A stretch of 63,379 nt of DNA, filler included, from Octopus bimaculoides (GCF_001194135.2; 5 parts of 5 records of this genome joined end to end with filler, not necessarily neighbours in it); one strand, 5' to 3'; counted from the whole stretch's first letter, positions 24,149 through 38,965 are shown. Made by a program: numbers and translations. Notes: generated by a model from the sequence alone, not told the origin.

Positions 24149-26002
24149 CACACGGACAGACAGACATTGATGTACAGTGTACATGCTTTGAATAATGAAA
24201 AAAGGACATCATAGACAGGACAGCGTTCAACAGATACGCTGTTAGCTAAATGCTTTAATAGAAGAGAAAAACTCATAAGATTTCAGAGGTGAGTCCTTCA
24301 TCAGGAGAAATGGAAAAGCCTATAAAAGTTAGAAAGAAGAACAAACGATGAAAGAAAGAGAGAAAAAAATAAGGGACAAAGTGTCACGAACCGATGAAAT
24401 GCAGTTTTATGAGGAGGGAGTTAATACAAGGCAGAATTGTCGAATTAAGGCAGTAGAGTGATTTAAGGGAGATTTGGCTGCTATTTCTACCAGGTCTAGC
24501 TACCATGCAGAGGTCTGAACTTAATTTCCATTCACATATTTGCATTTCAAAAATTTAACATAATCTTTTCCATAAATCAACTATCCTAAAAAATTTATAC
24601 GATGACGTCACATTTTCTATATGTGTGTGTACCTTAAAAGACGTCAATCATCACGACACACACACCTTCACTCACTCTCTCTCTCTCTCGCTCTTTCTCA
24701 CCCTCTTTCTCTCTCACATACACACGCGCAAGCACGCACGCACAAACACACACACACACGTACACACACACACACACACACACGTCCATTTCGTATATCA
24801 AATAAAATTTTTACGGATACAACTGCTTACAAAAATAGGGATTAATATATAATTTCTTTCTATGTTCATAATTAAATCAGTGTTTTAATAATTAGACAGA
24901 GGTCCTATAGAATAGCTCTCAGAAACAGACTACGTACAAATGCGTCAATCATCAGGACCTACACCTTCACTCACTCTCTCTCTCTCTCTCGCTCTTTCTC
25001 ACCCTCTTTCTCTCTCACATATACATGCGCAAGCACGCACGCACGCACGCGCGCACACACACGCACAATGGATGGGTGTCTATGTGCAAGTATAGAAGTG
25101 TAACCTTACCTGAAAATGGACATGTATGAAGGTGTGTGTGTGTGTGTGCGGTTGTTTGGGACATGTATATGTCTAGAAATGTGCAAATTCAGAAGTTTGG
25201 TGGCGTAGATACGTGGGGTATGAGAGATGTTGGTGTGTGTGTGTGTGTGTGTGTGTGCGTGTGTGAGTTATCGTTAAGAATGTGAGAAGAAAGTGTGGAT
25301 ATTAGGAGGTAGGAGCGTGCGCGAGTGGGAAGGAAATGAGAAAGGAAAGGATGTTGAGGGTGTGATGGACGTATGTGAAAGTATACGNNNNNNNNNNNNN
25401 NNNNNNNNNNNNNNNNNNNNNNNNNNNNNNNTTAATTAATTAANNNNNNNNNNNNNNNNNNNNNNNNNNNNNNNNNNNNNNNNNNNNACAGAGTGAAATG
25501 GCCAAATTCGTGTTTGATAAGTGCTAATGTTATATATACACACATATATGAGTAAAAAAATCTCATCACGCAATCGAACCAGTGAAAGAGCCTCTACCTG
25601 GGACACGCTAAAAATAGCAGCCAAAGTATCCCCCTACCTAAATCACACGCCCATTGTACGTAATGTCCTAGATTATCCCTAAAAAGACGGTTTGCTGAAG
25701 GCTGGAATGTCTTTGATGATTGGTTTGCTGTATTAGGGTTGATTTGAGGCTAAATAACAACAAAATTATGGCAAATTTCTATATTAACACCCACACGATT
25801 TTCACTAAGAAAAAAAAACTTGGTTTTTTGCATGGAATCAAGTACCCTGACCTCCTAATATGCTGCAAATCCCTTATTTTGGTTCCAGAGAGATTAAAAC
25901 ACAAAACTAAAATACCCATTAGGGCTGTATCCTTTTCGTGTTTACTATTTACTTTTCACTAGTCTCTATACTGAAATGAGGGAGGCAAACTTCACTTCGA
26001 TA

Positions 26003-26398
26003 TATACTCTTTTACTCTTTTACCTGTTTCAGTCATTTGACTGCGGCCATGCTGGAGCACCACCTTTAGTCGAGCAAATCGACCCCAGGACTTATTCTTT
26101 GGAAGCCTAGTACTTATTCTATCGGTTTCTGTTGCCGAACCGCTAAGTGACGGGGACATAAACACACCAGCATCGGTTGTCAAGCAATGCTGGGGGGGGG
26201 GGGACAAACACAGACACACAAACATACACACACATATATATATATACATATATACGACGGGCTTCTTTCAGTTTCCGTCTACCAAATCCACCCACAAGGC
26301 TTTGGTTGGCCCGAGGCTATAGTCGAAGACACTTGCCCAAGATGCCACGCAGTGGGACTGAACCCAGAACCATGTGGTTGGTAAGCAAGTTACTTACC
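26003..26398 (-). mobile_element. SINE family A, young near-complete copy
   Basis: Near-identical to 29056-29710, 38320-38490 and 45730-46033. Confidence 0.9.
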
Positions 26399-28249
26399 GA
26401 TCCTTTAGCAAAATGATCCATATCGAGAGTTCCTCTGTTGGAGAGTATATTGGCCAAAGATAAACACAGAAATGATATGTGAATGCTTTAGATATTGTTG
26501 TTGTTGACAAGATTTCTACTCAGGGTGGTCACAATATCTCTGTTTTGTTTTTAGTTCATGCTTGCTCTAAATGTATTTTACTGTTTATTGTTTTCTATGT
26601 ATAAAGTGGATTATTTTGTACATTGTCACTTGTTTTTTTTTTTCTTTTGCAGGTGTGGCATGAAATATTCATGACTGTTTGGATTGTTTTTCTTTTCTTT
26701 TTTTTATCGGTGACGTGAAAAAAAAAAAAAAACTTTGTCCAAAAATAGAACACAATCCTTATCTTTCCCTCTTCTTAGACTTTGTAAGAGGAATCTCCGA
26801 GTGTGAGAATTATCTATATGAGAATGACTTGAACACAAAACTACTATAACGAAATGCTAAATTTAGGATGCCTCAAAAATATCTCGTTAAGTTATTCTGT
26901 TGCAGTTTGTTCTTTACTTCCATATCACTCCTGAACAAGCAGGTCTTTGATCAAAGGTGCAGTGTCTCGTCCTACTTTTTATACACAGTGTATATGGGTG
27001 TTTTACTTTGTTTTCTGTTTTTATTCCAATAGAATGCAATTTGTGGGGGATTTAGCTTGTATTTATTTCTGTACAGTTAAGCGATCACGTTCAGGTTCAC
27101 GTTGGTTCATCATTCTCCGTCGCCATTGTCGTGTGGCTGTTGTTTAGCTCTAATTCAGCTCTGATAAACCAGACTTATCGCACTTTGTGTAGTCGCTCAA
27201 GCAAATAGGTACAACCCAGAGATCTGTTGCATCACATGTAATCATATCACTACCATGTAGGAGAGAAAAAGCCATACATTGCACTCAGACATGCCATAAG
27301 TTTATCATTTCGTTTGCAGTGTGCAGTCTGGTTAAGTTGCTTTGCTTGTTCTTATTGTCTTTGCTTGCTTTCTAGGTTATTAAACCACGCTGTAAAGAAT
27401 TTTATATATTAACTTCCTAACCAATGGCGGTGATGTCGAAGACGACGATGACGACGACGACGATGACGACGACGACGAAGATGGCGGCGGTGGCAGCGGC
27501 TGCGCCACTGGTGGTGATGGTGGAGACGGTGGTGGTGGTGGTGGTTGATGGCAATGGTTTTAAGTAGTGCGCGGTATAGGGGCGTGTGCGTCATTGGCCA
27601 ATGGTGGTGTTTGCATTGCGTGTGAACATATACATATATANNNNNNNNNNNNNNNNNNNNNNNNNNNNNNNNNNNNNNNNNNTGTATATGTATATGTATA
27701 TGTATATATATGTATATTTGCGTGTGTCTTTGTGTGTGTGTGCTGTGTGTGTGCGCGCGCTCTGTGGTGTGTGTTAGTGTGAGTGTACATATTGTCTCTG
27801 CGGATTTGTGTAAGTATATGTTTGTACGAGTACATATGTGAGTGTGTGTTTGTGTATGTGTGTGACAGGGGTGAGAGACGGAAGTGCTGTGAGATTTGAG
27901 GAAAGAGGGGTAAGTGAAGCGAGCCGGTTTGGGATGGTGAACACAGGAATATGGTGGAGGTGGACATCTTGTTTAGCTAGAGATTGGCTGGTGGCCGTAA
28001 GCAGAAACACTGAGAGAGACACAGAGAGGGACAAAGAGAGAAAGAGACAGACAGACAGAGATACAAAAGAGGAGAGAGAGAGATAGAAAATAAGTGGGAG
28101 AGAGAGAGAGAGAGAATGAAAGACGGTTTTTGAGACAAATAGGGTATGCTACTTCCCATGACACTCATTGGTGGTGACAGGGAGTGGATGGTGTAAAAGT
28201 GTCTAGTCATGCCTTCTGAATTCCCAACAAAGGTGACTAACAACAGTAA

Positions 28250-28307
28250 AAACAACAACAGCAACAACATCAACAGCAGCAGCAGCAGCAGCAGCAGTAG
28301 CAGTAGC

Positions 28308-28353
<46 letters not shown>

Positions 28354-29055
28354 AAGGCTTTGTAGCAGATTTGTATGTTTTTGTTGAAGTTGTACTGAAA
28401 GTCGTGGTTGAAGTTTACAACCTTTAAGCAATACCACCAACACAGTACAGTTCTAGTAGTGATAGTAGTAGTATTAGTAATAGCATTAGTAGTAGTAGTA
28501 GTAGCAGCAGCAGCAACAGCAGCTGTTGTAATTATTGTTGTTTCTGTAGTACTAGAAGCCGTGGTAGAAGTTTACAACTATAACATCAACAGAGCATAGT
28601 TCTACTACTACTACTACTACTACTATTATTATTATTACTGCTACTACTACTACTATTACTACTAGCAGCTGTGGTTGTTGTCACTGTAGTGGTGGAAGAA
28701 ACAGCAACAGAAGTAATTATAGCAGCAACAACAAAATAGAATGTAGATGCAGCAACAGCAGCACCAGTAGTAGTAGTGGTGGTAGTAGTAGTTGCAGTAA
28801 CAGCAGTAGTAGTAGTAGCAGTAGGTGCTTGTGGTGCAGCTGCAATGGCGCCGGCAGCAGCAGCAGCGGTAAAATAAATAACAATAGAAGTAGCAAGTGC
28901 ACTGGAGACAATAATCGTAACAGGAGCAGCAGCAACAACATTTGTAAAACTACGAGAGAGAGAGAGAGAGAGAGAGGAGGAGGAGGGAGGAGGAGGGGGT
29001 GGAGGAGAGGGAGGAGTAGAGTCAGCATGTAACAACAGCACCAACAATAACAACT
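28250..29055. repeat. Composite trinucleotide microsatellite field (AGT/AGC/ACT/AAC, then GA/GGA)
   Basis: Seen directly in the sequence. Confidence 0.9.
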
Positions 29056-29710
29056 ATACTCTTTTACTTGTTTCAGTCATTTGACTGCGGCCATGCTGGA
29101 GCACCGCCTTTTTAGTCGAGNNNNNNNNNNNNNNNNNNNNNNNNNNNNNNNNNNNNNNNNNNNNNNNNNNNNNNNNNNNNNNNNNNNNNNNNNNNNNNNN
29201 NNNNNNNNNNNNNNNNNNNNNNNNNNNNNNNNNNNNNNNNNNNNNNNNNNNNNNNNNNNNNNNNNNNNNNNNNNNNNNNNNNNNNNNNNNNNNNNNNNNN
29301 NNNNNNNNNNNNNNNNNNNNNNNNNNNNNNNNNNNNNNNNNNNNNNNNNNNNNNNNNNNNNNNNNNNNNNNNNNNNNNNNNNNNNNNNNNNNNNNGTACT
29401 TATTCTATCGGACTCTCGTGCCGAACCGCTAAGTTACGGGGACGTAAACACACCACCATCGGTTGTCAAGCGATGGTGGGGGGGGACAAACACAGACACA
29501 CAAACATATACACACACATATACATATATATATAAATATATATATACGACGGGCTTCCTTCAGTTTCCGTCTACCAAATCCACTCACAAGGCACTGATCG
29601 GCCCGAGGCTATAGTAGAAGACACTTGCCCAAGGTGCCACGCAGTGGGACTGAACCCGGAACCATATGGTCGGTAAGCAACCTGCTTACCACATGGCCAC
29701 TCCTGCGCCC
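29056..29710 (-). mobile_element. SINE family A, interrupted by a gap
   Basis: Same head, body and tail as 26003-26398. Confidence 0.88.
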
Positions 29711-29744
29711 AATATACAATAATAGTCACTTATAGTTATTATTG

Positions 29745-30270
29745 GTTTCCAATTTTGGCACTAGGCCAGTAATTTCGGGTGTGGTGGAGATTAAGTCGAT
29801 TATAACGACCCCAGTGTTCAACTGGTACTTATTTTATCGACTCCAAAGGGATGAAAGGCAAGTTTGACCTCGGCGGCATTTGGACTCAGAACGAAATGAC
29901 GCTAAACACTTTGCCAGGCGGGCTAATGATTCTTGTTTCTTTATTGCCCACAAGGGGCTAAATATAGAGGGGACAAACAAGGACAGACAAAGGGATTAAG
30001 TCGATTACATCGACCTCAGTGCATAACTGGTACTTAATTTATCGACCCCGAAAGGATAAAAGGCAATGTCGGCCTCGGCGGAATTTGAACTCAAAACGTA
30101 ACGGCATTTTGCCCGGCGTGCTAACGTTTCTGCCAGCTCGCCGCCCTCAAATCTCCAGTAATAATTTTTTTTCTATTATAAGCACAAGGCCTGAAATTTG
30201 GATGAGGGAGATAGTCGATTACATCGTCCCCAGAACCTTCCATCTTTCTGGAATCGATAAAATAAAGTAC
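29745..30270 (-). mobile_element. Cluster of three partial SINE family B copies
   Basis: Repeated gtcgatt...actggtactta...atcga segments. Confidence 0.8.
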
Positions 30271-30447
30271 NNNNNNNNNNNNNNNNNNNNNNNNNNNNNN
30301 NNNNNNNNNNNNNNNNNNNNNNNNNNNNNNNNNNNNNNNNNNNNNNNNNNNNNNNNNNNNNNNNNNNNNNNNNNNNNNNNNNNNNNNNNNNNNNNNNNNN
30401 NNNNNNNNNNNNNNNNNNNNNNNNNNNNNNNNNNNNNNTGTGTGTGT

Positions 30448-30489
<42 letters not shown>

Positions 30490-32119
30490 ATGCATAATCA
30501 AGAAAATGAGCTACAATAAAGAACTCGGAGCGGACAAGAAAAACGAAGAAAAGTTTACTAACTACTATAAATAATAACTTCTTTATTTTTAAAACTGCCT
30601 TCTCTTCGAGAGGAAGTAAAGAAACACCTAGCGGCAATTACAACCAGTACCAAAACATCGACTGAAAATTAACATGACATGAAGAAAAAGTTGGACTCTT
30701 TTTTTGGTCTTGATTTTTTCTGGAGACAAGAGGACAGTAGTGAATATGTTTTTACCTTTACAGGCGTCAAGTGCACAGTATTTCCCTACCTTCATTTCAG
30801 CAGACATAAGGATTAGGCACATACAAAAAGAGGGAATGACTTTAAGCTACATCCGGTAGTGGAGCCCTAGTCCGGAGGTTCCAAGGCTTTGAGGAGTGTG
30901 GAACCACCTCTTAACCACTATCATTTCCAGGTCTACTCTAACCTGGAGTACTAGCACCTACTCAGAACCTAACAGCATGCGAACCACTGTATGTGAAGGA
31001 TCCCTAATTCTCCTTATAGGAAATAAACTCGTATAAAATCCTGAAATGTAGTTGGTTTCTGGTTGTCTCAACTTCTGTTGTGTCACTGACTGCACTGGAA
31101 ATTAGATTCAATGCTGTGCAGCAGTTCATCCCCTCAATACAAATCCACTCAATACAAATCCACTCTCGGAACATTTGTACAAGCTTAATGAGTTTAGAAA
31201 GTTGCCTTAGTCAGTTGACTTCTACCATGTACGTGTGTATGTTTATCATTAAAGGTGCGAAACTGTGTATTAGCAATTGGTTGATAACTGATGAAGAATT
31301 AAGGACCTTCTTTGTTTGTCTCCCACCCGCTTTTACACTGAGTATATGTTATATCGTATGTTTATTTACCATACAATTTTTCATTTATATGCGTCATTAT
31401 TCAGTTTATTTCAAGATTTCTTGCCAACAGAAAAAGAACCGGTTTCTAACCTAGATCCAAGGCTCCTTCATTGGAATTTCAACGACAGGATATGTTTGTA
31501 TGTAAGTATGTATGTATGTATGTATGTATGTATGTATGTATGTATGTATGTATGCATGCGCAGATTTGTATGTTTTATATACGTATTCTCATGCATATAG
31601 TTGCATATCTAGATATGTTCATATATATTTAAATGATAAACTTCTGGAAAGTTTTACAGATTTTTACAGTTTCAGTGATGGATTGAATCTGTAGTCTTCG
31701 AATCAGCTTTGTATGTATGTACATATGTATGTGTGTATGTATATATGTAATTACTTATGTATAAAGGCAGTGCTCCAGCATGGCCGCAGTCAAATGACTG
31801 AAACAAGTAAAAAAGTAAAAAGTATATGTATGCATGTATATATGTATGTATATATGTATGTATGGATATATGTATGTATATATGTATGAATGCATGTATG
31901 TATACTTGTATGAATGTATGTATGTATGCATGCATACATAGATGAATGGATGTATGAATATTATATGATATTATATTTGTGAATGTATTCAATAACAGAT
32001 GGAGTTCTCTATATTTATTTCGGGAGAGTCTCTGTTTTTACGAATGCCGTTATATATTGTTTTAACGATAACGTCGTTGTCGCATGGGGACGTAGTACCT
32101 TGATGACATTTTTAGGCAG

Positions 32120-32850
32120 CTGTTAATCACATGTGTGATGTCTTCCACAGAAATCTACATAATCTACATTTTCGGTTGCATCTTGGGGCTCCAAGGATTT
32201 CACTCCCTCTTTTGTTTTTGGTTGCTAGAAAATACTGGGTATTTTGTGGCAATCTCTTATTCTTGGATTTCAAATGCATAATCTTTAAAGTGTGACGTGA
32301 CGTAGCGATCACGAATCCAAGAATGCTGCACTTCATGTTGATATAACTGTCTTCTTGAAGTCTTCGGGAAACATACCCATACATTTTTTATTCTTTTAGT
32401 ATGCTGAGGGTTTCCCATCCGGATCATCTTCGAGGTATGTTTGTCCAGCTGTTTTGGAGTTGTATAGAAAACCATCAGCAAGAGAGTGCTTACTGAGAGA
32501 CTCACTGCCAACACGTAGGATGTTGTTCTCTTCGCTTTCCAGCATTAAGTTTATGTATTCATTTTTGCTGTTGTTGTTTAGCAGATGCTGTTTGAGAGCA
32601 TTCGACATTCGAAAGCTGTCTGCACTCATTTCAAGCCTCTACCTTCTTCGTCTCTTCTTAGAACCTGTCTCTTCCTAGAACCTGTCAAAATCACTTTTTC
32701 TGTGGACGTTTCCAGTTGATGTCAGGATCTTGCGGATTTTTATGTCTATAGTTTGGATTTCCTCAACAGATCAATCACGTATCTCAAATATTGGAATCAG
32801 CTCTGGTATTGCAAATGCATTTTGGGATAGTCGTGTTGTAAGAAGAAAGT
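32120..32850 (-). mobile_element. Decayed R4/Dong-like (RLE-type) non-LTR retrotransposon fragment
   Basis: IDIKIRKILTSTGNVHRKSDFDR and a CRLC...SHM zinc-knuckle-like motif. Multiple stops. Confidence 0.7.
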
Positions 32851-32861
32851 TCCGACTGTTA

Positions 32862-33200
32862 TGTATGTATGTATGTATGTATGTATGTATGTATGTATGT
32901 ATGCATGTATGTATGTATGTATGTATGTATGTGTGCATGCATGTATGTATGTATACTTGTATGTATGCATGTATGTATGCATGTTTGTATGTATGCATAT
33001 ATGTATGTATGTATGCATATATGTATACATGTATCCATGTATGTTTGTATGTATGCATGTTTGTATGCTTGTATGTATGTATGTATGCATGCATGCATGC
33101 ATGTATGTATGTATGTATGTATGTACGCATACATGTATGGATGTGTGTATGTATGCGTGTATGTATACATGTATGTCTGCATGTATGTATGTATGTATGT
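32862..33200. repeat. Imperfect (TATG)n array, one of dozens of (TA)n, (TG)n, (GA)n, (GATA)n, (ATT)n and (TAG)n tracts
   Basis: Seen directly in the sequence. Confidence 0.95.
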
Positions 33201-33287
33201 TAAAGTTTAACTTTTTTAGTATTTAAAGTGTGTGTGTGTGTGCGATTTTGTTTATATATGTGTAGCTATATAAGTTTAATTTGTTAG

Positions 33288-33765
33288 CCCAGTACTTATT
33301 CTATCGGTTATTTTTGTCGAACCGCTAAGTTATGGGGACGTAAATGCACCACCATCGGTTGCCAAGCGATGTTGGGGAGACAAACAGACATACAAACAAA
33401 TACACACACATACATATACACGAAGAGCTTCTTTCAGTTTCCGTCTGCCAAATCCACTCACAAGGGTTTTGTTGGCCAGAAGCTATAGTAGAAGATACTT
33501 GCCCAGGGTGCTACGAGGTGGGACTGAACCCAGAACCATGTGGTTGTTAAGCAAGCTACTTGCCAGACAGCTACTCCTGCGCCTATATATATATATATGA
33601 CAGGCTTCCACGCAGTTTCCATCTGCCAAATTCACTCACAAGACATTTGTCCGTCCGGCGCTATAGTAGAAAACACTTGCCTATGGTGCCGTGCAGTGGG
33701 CCTGAACCCGAGACCACGTGGCTCCGAAGCGAGTTTTTTTACCACCCAGCCCATACCGGCTCATA
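33288..33765 (-). mobile_element. Two adjacent partial SINE family A copies
   Basis: The tttcc.tctgccaaat.cactcacaag body occurs twice. Confidence 0.8.
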
Positions 33766-34003
33766 AATATGTTTATTATTGAGTTTTGTTGTTGTTGTTT
33801 TGTATATTGTTTTTGTTGCTGTTGTTGTTGTTCTTGACAATTTTTCATCGAAAACTTGTTAATCAAAGGTCCACCTTCGTCGTACTCAGTATCACGTTGA
33901 TTCGGCCTGAGAATAAAGTTAAGAGTACACGTGTCTGCGCAATATTCGGTTAATAGCATGCTAATTTATGCAGTAAGCTGTTCTTGATCGAAATCGTCGC
34001 TGA

Positions 34004-34040
<37 letters not shown>

Positions 34041-34065
34041 CACACACACACACACACACTTAAGC

Positions 34066-34124
<59 letters not shown>

Positions 34125-34278
34125 TGAACCCTTAGATGATTTGGGGGTCGAGTCAATCGTACTTGTTTTTGTGTTGAGTACTGCATATGAAAGTTGACAA
34201 CTTCCGTTGAACCAATTTCAGTGAAGACATCATAACGTTATAAATAAATATAGATAGATAGATAGGTAGGTAGATAGG

Positions 34279-34332
<54 letters not shown>

Positions 34333-34706
34333 CGTACGCGCACACATATTTTTGCTTAACCTTTGAGAGCCATATTGTTAATATATTTGGCTATATTTGT
34401 GTGTGTGAATGCGCGAGCGCGTGTTTGTGAATGTGTGTGTGTGTATGTCTGTGTGTATGTGTGTGTTCGTGTGTAAGCATCTACTGAACTCTACGTGCAT
34501 GTGTAGATGTGATTGCCAACCTACAAAGGTAAAAGCAGAAAAAGAAAAAGAAAAAAAACGTTTTTCAATTCTATGCGTTCAGATGTACACCTGTATGTTT
34601 GTCTACTAAACACTTAATATTATGTATGCGTGCTTAAGTATCCTTTTAATCACGCGTACGTCCCCAGACGGTAATACACACACATAGTGCATCCGTACAA
34701 ATGTAT

Positions 34707-34749
<43 letters not shown>

Positions 34750-35039
34750 AATCTACACGTGCGCATATATAAAACCCATGCAAACGTACATATGTATGTG
34801 TGCATATATACATATAAACATGCATACATATCGTTATATGTACATATATAGAAATACAGATAGAGACTTATACATGCATTCACAAATACATATATACACA
34901 CACACACACAAATAAATACATACATACATACATACATGTATATATGTATGTATAATCTTACAGACATACGTATATACATATACAGTGGTATCCTTTGTTT
35001 AGCGGTAAAACTGGAATGTGTCTGAGAGAAGACGAGGAA

Positions 35040-35980
35040 AGCAGAAACGTGCAAGGGATATAGAGAAAGTATAAGTATTAGAGTGGAAAGATAGAGTAAT
35101 GGTCATAAAGCAAGGGAGAGGAGAGTGAGAGAGAGTTTAAGACTAAACGACTGAATGAAAGAGAGAGTAAATAAAGGAGGCTGAGAGAATGTGAGAGAGA
35201 GCAAGAGAGTGAGAGAGACGGGACGAGAGTTTGTGAGTGTGAAAAAGAACGATAAAAATAGATTTAAAGAGAGGAAAATAAGGTAACAAGGAGTCAAAGA
35301 GAGATGAAGGCAGAGAGTAAGGAGTAAGAGACTGTGAGATAGAGGGTGAAAGGGAAGAATGAAAGAGAGAGTGTGAGAGTGAGAGTGAGAGAGTGAGAGA
35401 AAAGATAGGTAAATGGAAATTGAGGGAGGGTGATAAAAATGGTGTAATAGCCACAAAGAGACTCGGTGAGAGGCCGTTTGCTGCGTATGTGAGTATATAT
35501 ATATTTACATATATATGTATATACATACACATCAGTGTATGTGTATATAGACATATATATGCGTATGTGTGAATGTGCGTGTGTAAATGAGAGAGAGATA
35601 GAGAGAGAAGCAGTGAAAGAGGGAGTGAGACCAATAGAAAGATGAGACGATGGAGTGAAACAGGATGAAAAGAACAAATAAGGGATAGTGGAGTAAGAGG
35701 AAGAGTGAGAGGAGGGTGAGTGAAAGGGAAATATAGAAAGGGAGGGACAAAGAAGGGGAGGACACTAGAGAGCGAGTGAGGGTTAGGGAGAGAAAAGGGG
35801 GGAGAGAATGATAGAAAATAAGAAAGAGGGACAACTGTAAAAGGGAGATAGATACAGACAAAGGAAAAGAAAATAAGAAAGCCAAGACAGAGGGGCAAAG
35901 AGAGAAAGACAGAGAGTTATAGAAGGAAAGAACATGAATCACTGAGGAGGTGAGGTGAGAGTGAATTGATAGAAAGAGTT
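35040..35980. repeat. Long GA-rich polypurine low-complexity tract (similar tract at 42930-43590)
   Basis: Seen directly in the sequence. Confidence 0.85.
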
Positions 35981-36459
35981 GGGTATGGAATATTGTATTA
36001 CCGCGAACACACACATAGACACACACACTCACGCACACATACACACGCACGCATACACACACGTGCACACGTACATGTATACGCACAAAGTGTCGTTCAC
36101 ACGAAGACACATGTAAACACATACATATGTATGTATATATATATATATATATATAATGTAGACGCTATGTTTACATGGAAGTGCACACAAGCATATAGTT
36201 GCTCACACGGAGACTAATTTAAACGAACACATGTATATAAATATAGGCATGTATATATTATAAATATATACACTTACACACATACACGCACACACATACA
36301 CACAAACATACGCATACACACACACAGACACAAGCATGCATATACATACACATACATACCGAGCCGTTCTTGTAACACATATAACAACAAATGCACACAT
36401 ATTTAGATACATTTAAATATTGCTACATATGTTTACATACATACATAGACATATAGACA

Positions 36460-36492
<33 letters not shown>

Positions 36493-37156
36493 NNNNNNNN
36501 NNNNNNNNNNNNNNNNNNNNNNNNNNNNNNNNNNNNNNNNNNNNNNNNNNNNNNNNNNNNNNNNNNNNNNNNNNNNNNNNNNNNNNNNNNNNNNNNNNNN
36601 NNNNNNNNNNNNNNNNNNNNNNNNNNNNNNNNNNNNNNNNNNNNNNNNNNNNNNNNNNNNNNNNNNNNNNNNNNNNNNNNNNNNNNNNNNNNNNNNNNNN
36701 NNNNNNNNNNNNNNNNNNNNNNNNNNNNNNNNNNNNNNNNNNNNNNNNNNNNNNNNNNNNNNNNNNNNNNNNNNNNNNNNNNNNNNNNNNNNNNNNNNNN
36801 NNNNNNNNNNNNNNNNNNNNNNNNNNNNNNNNNNNNNNNNNNNNNNNNNNNNNNNNNNNNNNNNNNNNNNNNNNNNNNNNNNNNNNNNNNNNNNNNNNNN
36901 NNNNNNNNNNNNNNNNNNNNNNNNNNNNNNNNNNNNNNNNNNNNNNNNNNNNNNNNNNNNNNNNNNNNNNNNNNNNNNNNNNNNNNNNNNNNNNNNNNNN
37001 NNNNNNNNNNNNNNNNNNNNNNNNNNNNNNNNNNNNNNNNNNNNNNNNNNNNNNNNNNNNNNNNNNNNNNNNNNNNNNNNNNNNNNNNNNNNNNNNNNNN
37101 NNNNNNNNNNNNNNNNNNNNNNNNNNNNNNNNNNNNNNNNNNNNNNNNNNNNNNNN

Positions 37157-37215
<59 letters not shown>

Positions 37216-37350
37216 TTATATGCACACTTATATGCACACATATAGAGTCGCTCATCGAAACAAACGCAAACACACTTAACATAAATATATGTAAATATAA
37301 CATACATCATACTTTCACGTATACATGCTCGTACACATGTATATACAGGT

Positions 37351-37415
<65 letters not shown>

Positions 37416-37609
37416 CAGAAGTATGAAGTCACTCATTGAAACGCATGGTAACAAATGCATACACACATACTCACACGTATAGCTGCGCACATGCATATAT
37501 ATACAAATATACACATGCATATACATATATACAAACAGCCGCTCGCTCTCTGTAGCACGTATAAAAACAAATACTGACACACCCATACACACAGATACAT
37601 ATTCACACA

Positions 37610-37650
<41 letters not shown>

Positions 37651-38285
37651 ACCCACATAGGCAGACGGTGAAAATTGTTTACTACGTTAAGCATCCGGGC
37701 AATTGACAACGTCTTGTTCGCTGCTTTGTTTGGATCAGAGATCTCAGACAGGATGTGTGGAAATGGAGGTTTAAGTTTCCTAGTACTGACTTAACCTGCC
37801 GCAACGGACACCAACTTCAGCATGTTTGTGTTTGTATACGTGTGGTCGGTCGGTCNNNNNNNNNNNNNNNNNNNNNNNNNNNNNNNNNNNNNNNNNNNNN
37901 NNNNNNNNNNNNNNNNNNNNNNNNNNNNNNNNNNNNNNNNNNNNNNNNNNNNNNNNNNNNNNNNNNNNNNNNNNNNNNNNNNNNNNNNNNNNNNNNNNNN
38001 NNNNNNNNNNNNNNNNNNNNNNNNNNNNNNNNNNNNNNNNNNNNNNNNNNNNNNNNNNNNNNNNNNNNNNNNNNNNNNNNNNNNNNNNNNNNNNNNNNNN
38101 NNNNNNNNNNNNNNNNNNNNNNNNNNNNNNNNNNNNNNNNNNNNNNNNNNNNNNNNNNNNNNNNNNNNNNNNNNNNNNNNNNNNNNNNNNNNNNNNNNNN
38201 NNNNNNNNNNNNNNNNNNNNNNNNNNNNNNNNNNNNNNNNNNNNNNNNNNNNNNNNNNNNNNNNNNNNNNNNNNNNNNNNNNNNN

Positions 38286-38319
<34 letters not shown>

Positions 38320-38320
<1 letters not shown>

Positions 38321-38965
38321 TACGACGGGCTTCTTTCAGTTTCCGTCTACCAAATCCACTCACAAGGCTTTGGTCGGCCCGAGGCTATAATAGAAGACAC
38401 TTGCCCAAGGTGCCACGCAGTGGGACTGAACCCGGAACCATGTGATTTGTAAGCAAGCTACTTACCACACAGCCACTCCTGCGCCTATGTGTATTTATCA
38501 TATACTTGTTACAAGTCTTTGGACTGCAGCCATGCTGGAGCACCGCCTTCAAAAATTTTCAGTGGAATTGAATCAACCCCAGCACTTATTTTCTTTGAAG
38601 CCTGGTGCTTATTCTACCGGTCTCTTTTGCCGAACCGCTAGTTTACAGGGACGTAAACACACCGACACCGGTTGTCAAGTAGTACTGGAGGACAAATACA
38701 GACATAAAGATACACACACACATACATACATACATACATACATACATACATACATACATACGTGTGTGTGTGTGTGTGTTTGTATGTGTGTAGGTATGTA
38801 TGTATACGACGGGCTTCTTTCAGTTTCCGTCTATCAAATCCACTCATAAGGCTTTGGTCGACCTGAGGTTATAGTAGAAGACACTTTGCCCAAGGTGCCA
38901 CGCAGTGGGACTGAACCCGGAACTATGTGATGGGAAGCATGCTTCTTACCACACAGCCACGCCTG
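38320..38965 (-). mobile_element. Two tandem SINE family A copies
   Basis: gacgggcttctttcagtttccgtcta body at about 38325 and about 38808. Confidence 0.88.

Noticed and set aside
27400-27570. GC-rich Asp/Gly-rich ORF
   Set aside because: Composed of GAC and GGT triplet repeats with no splice support.
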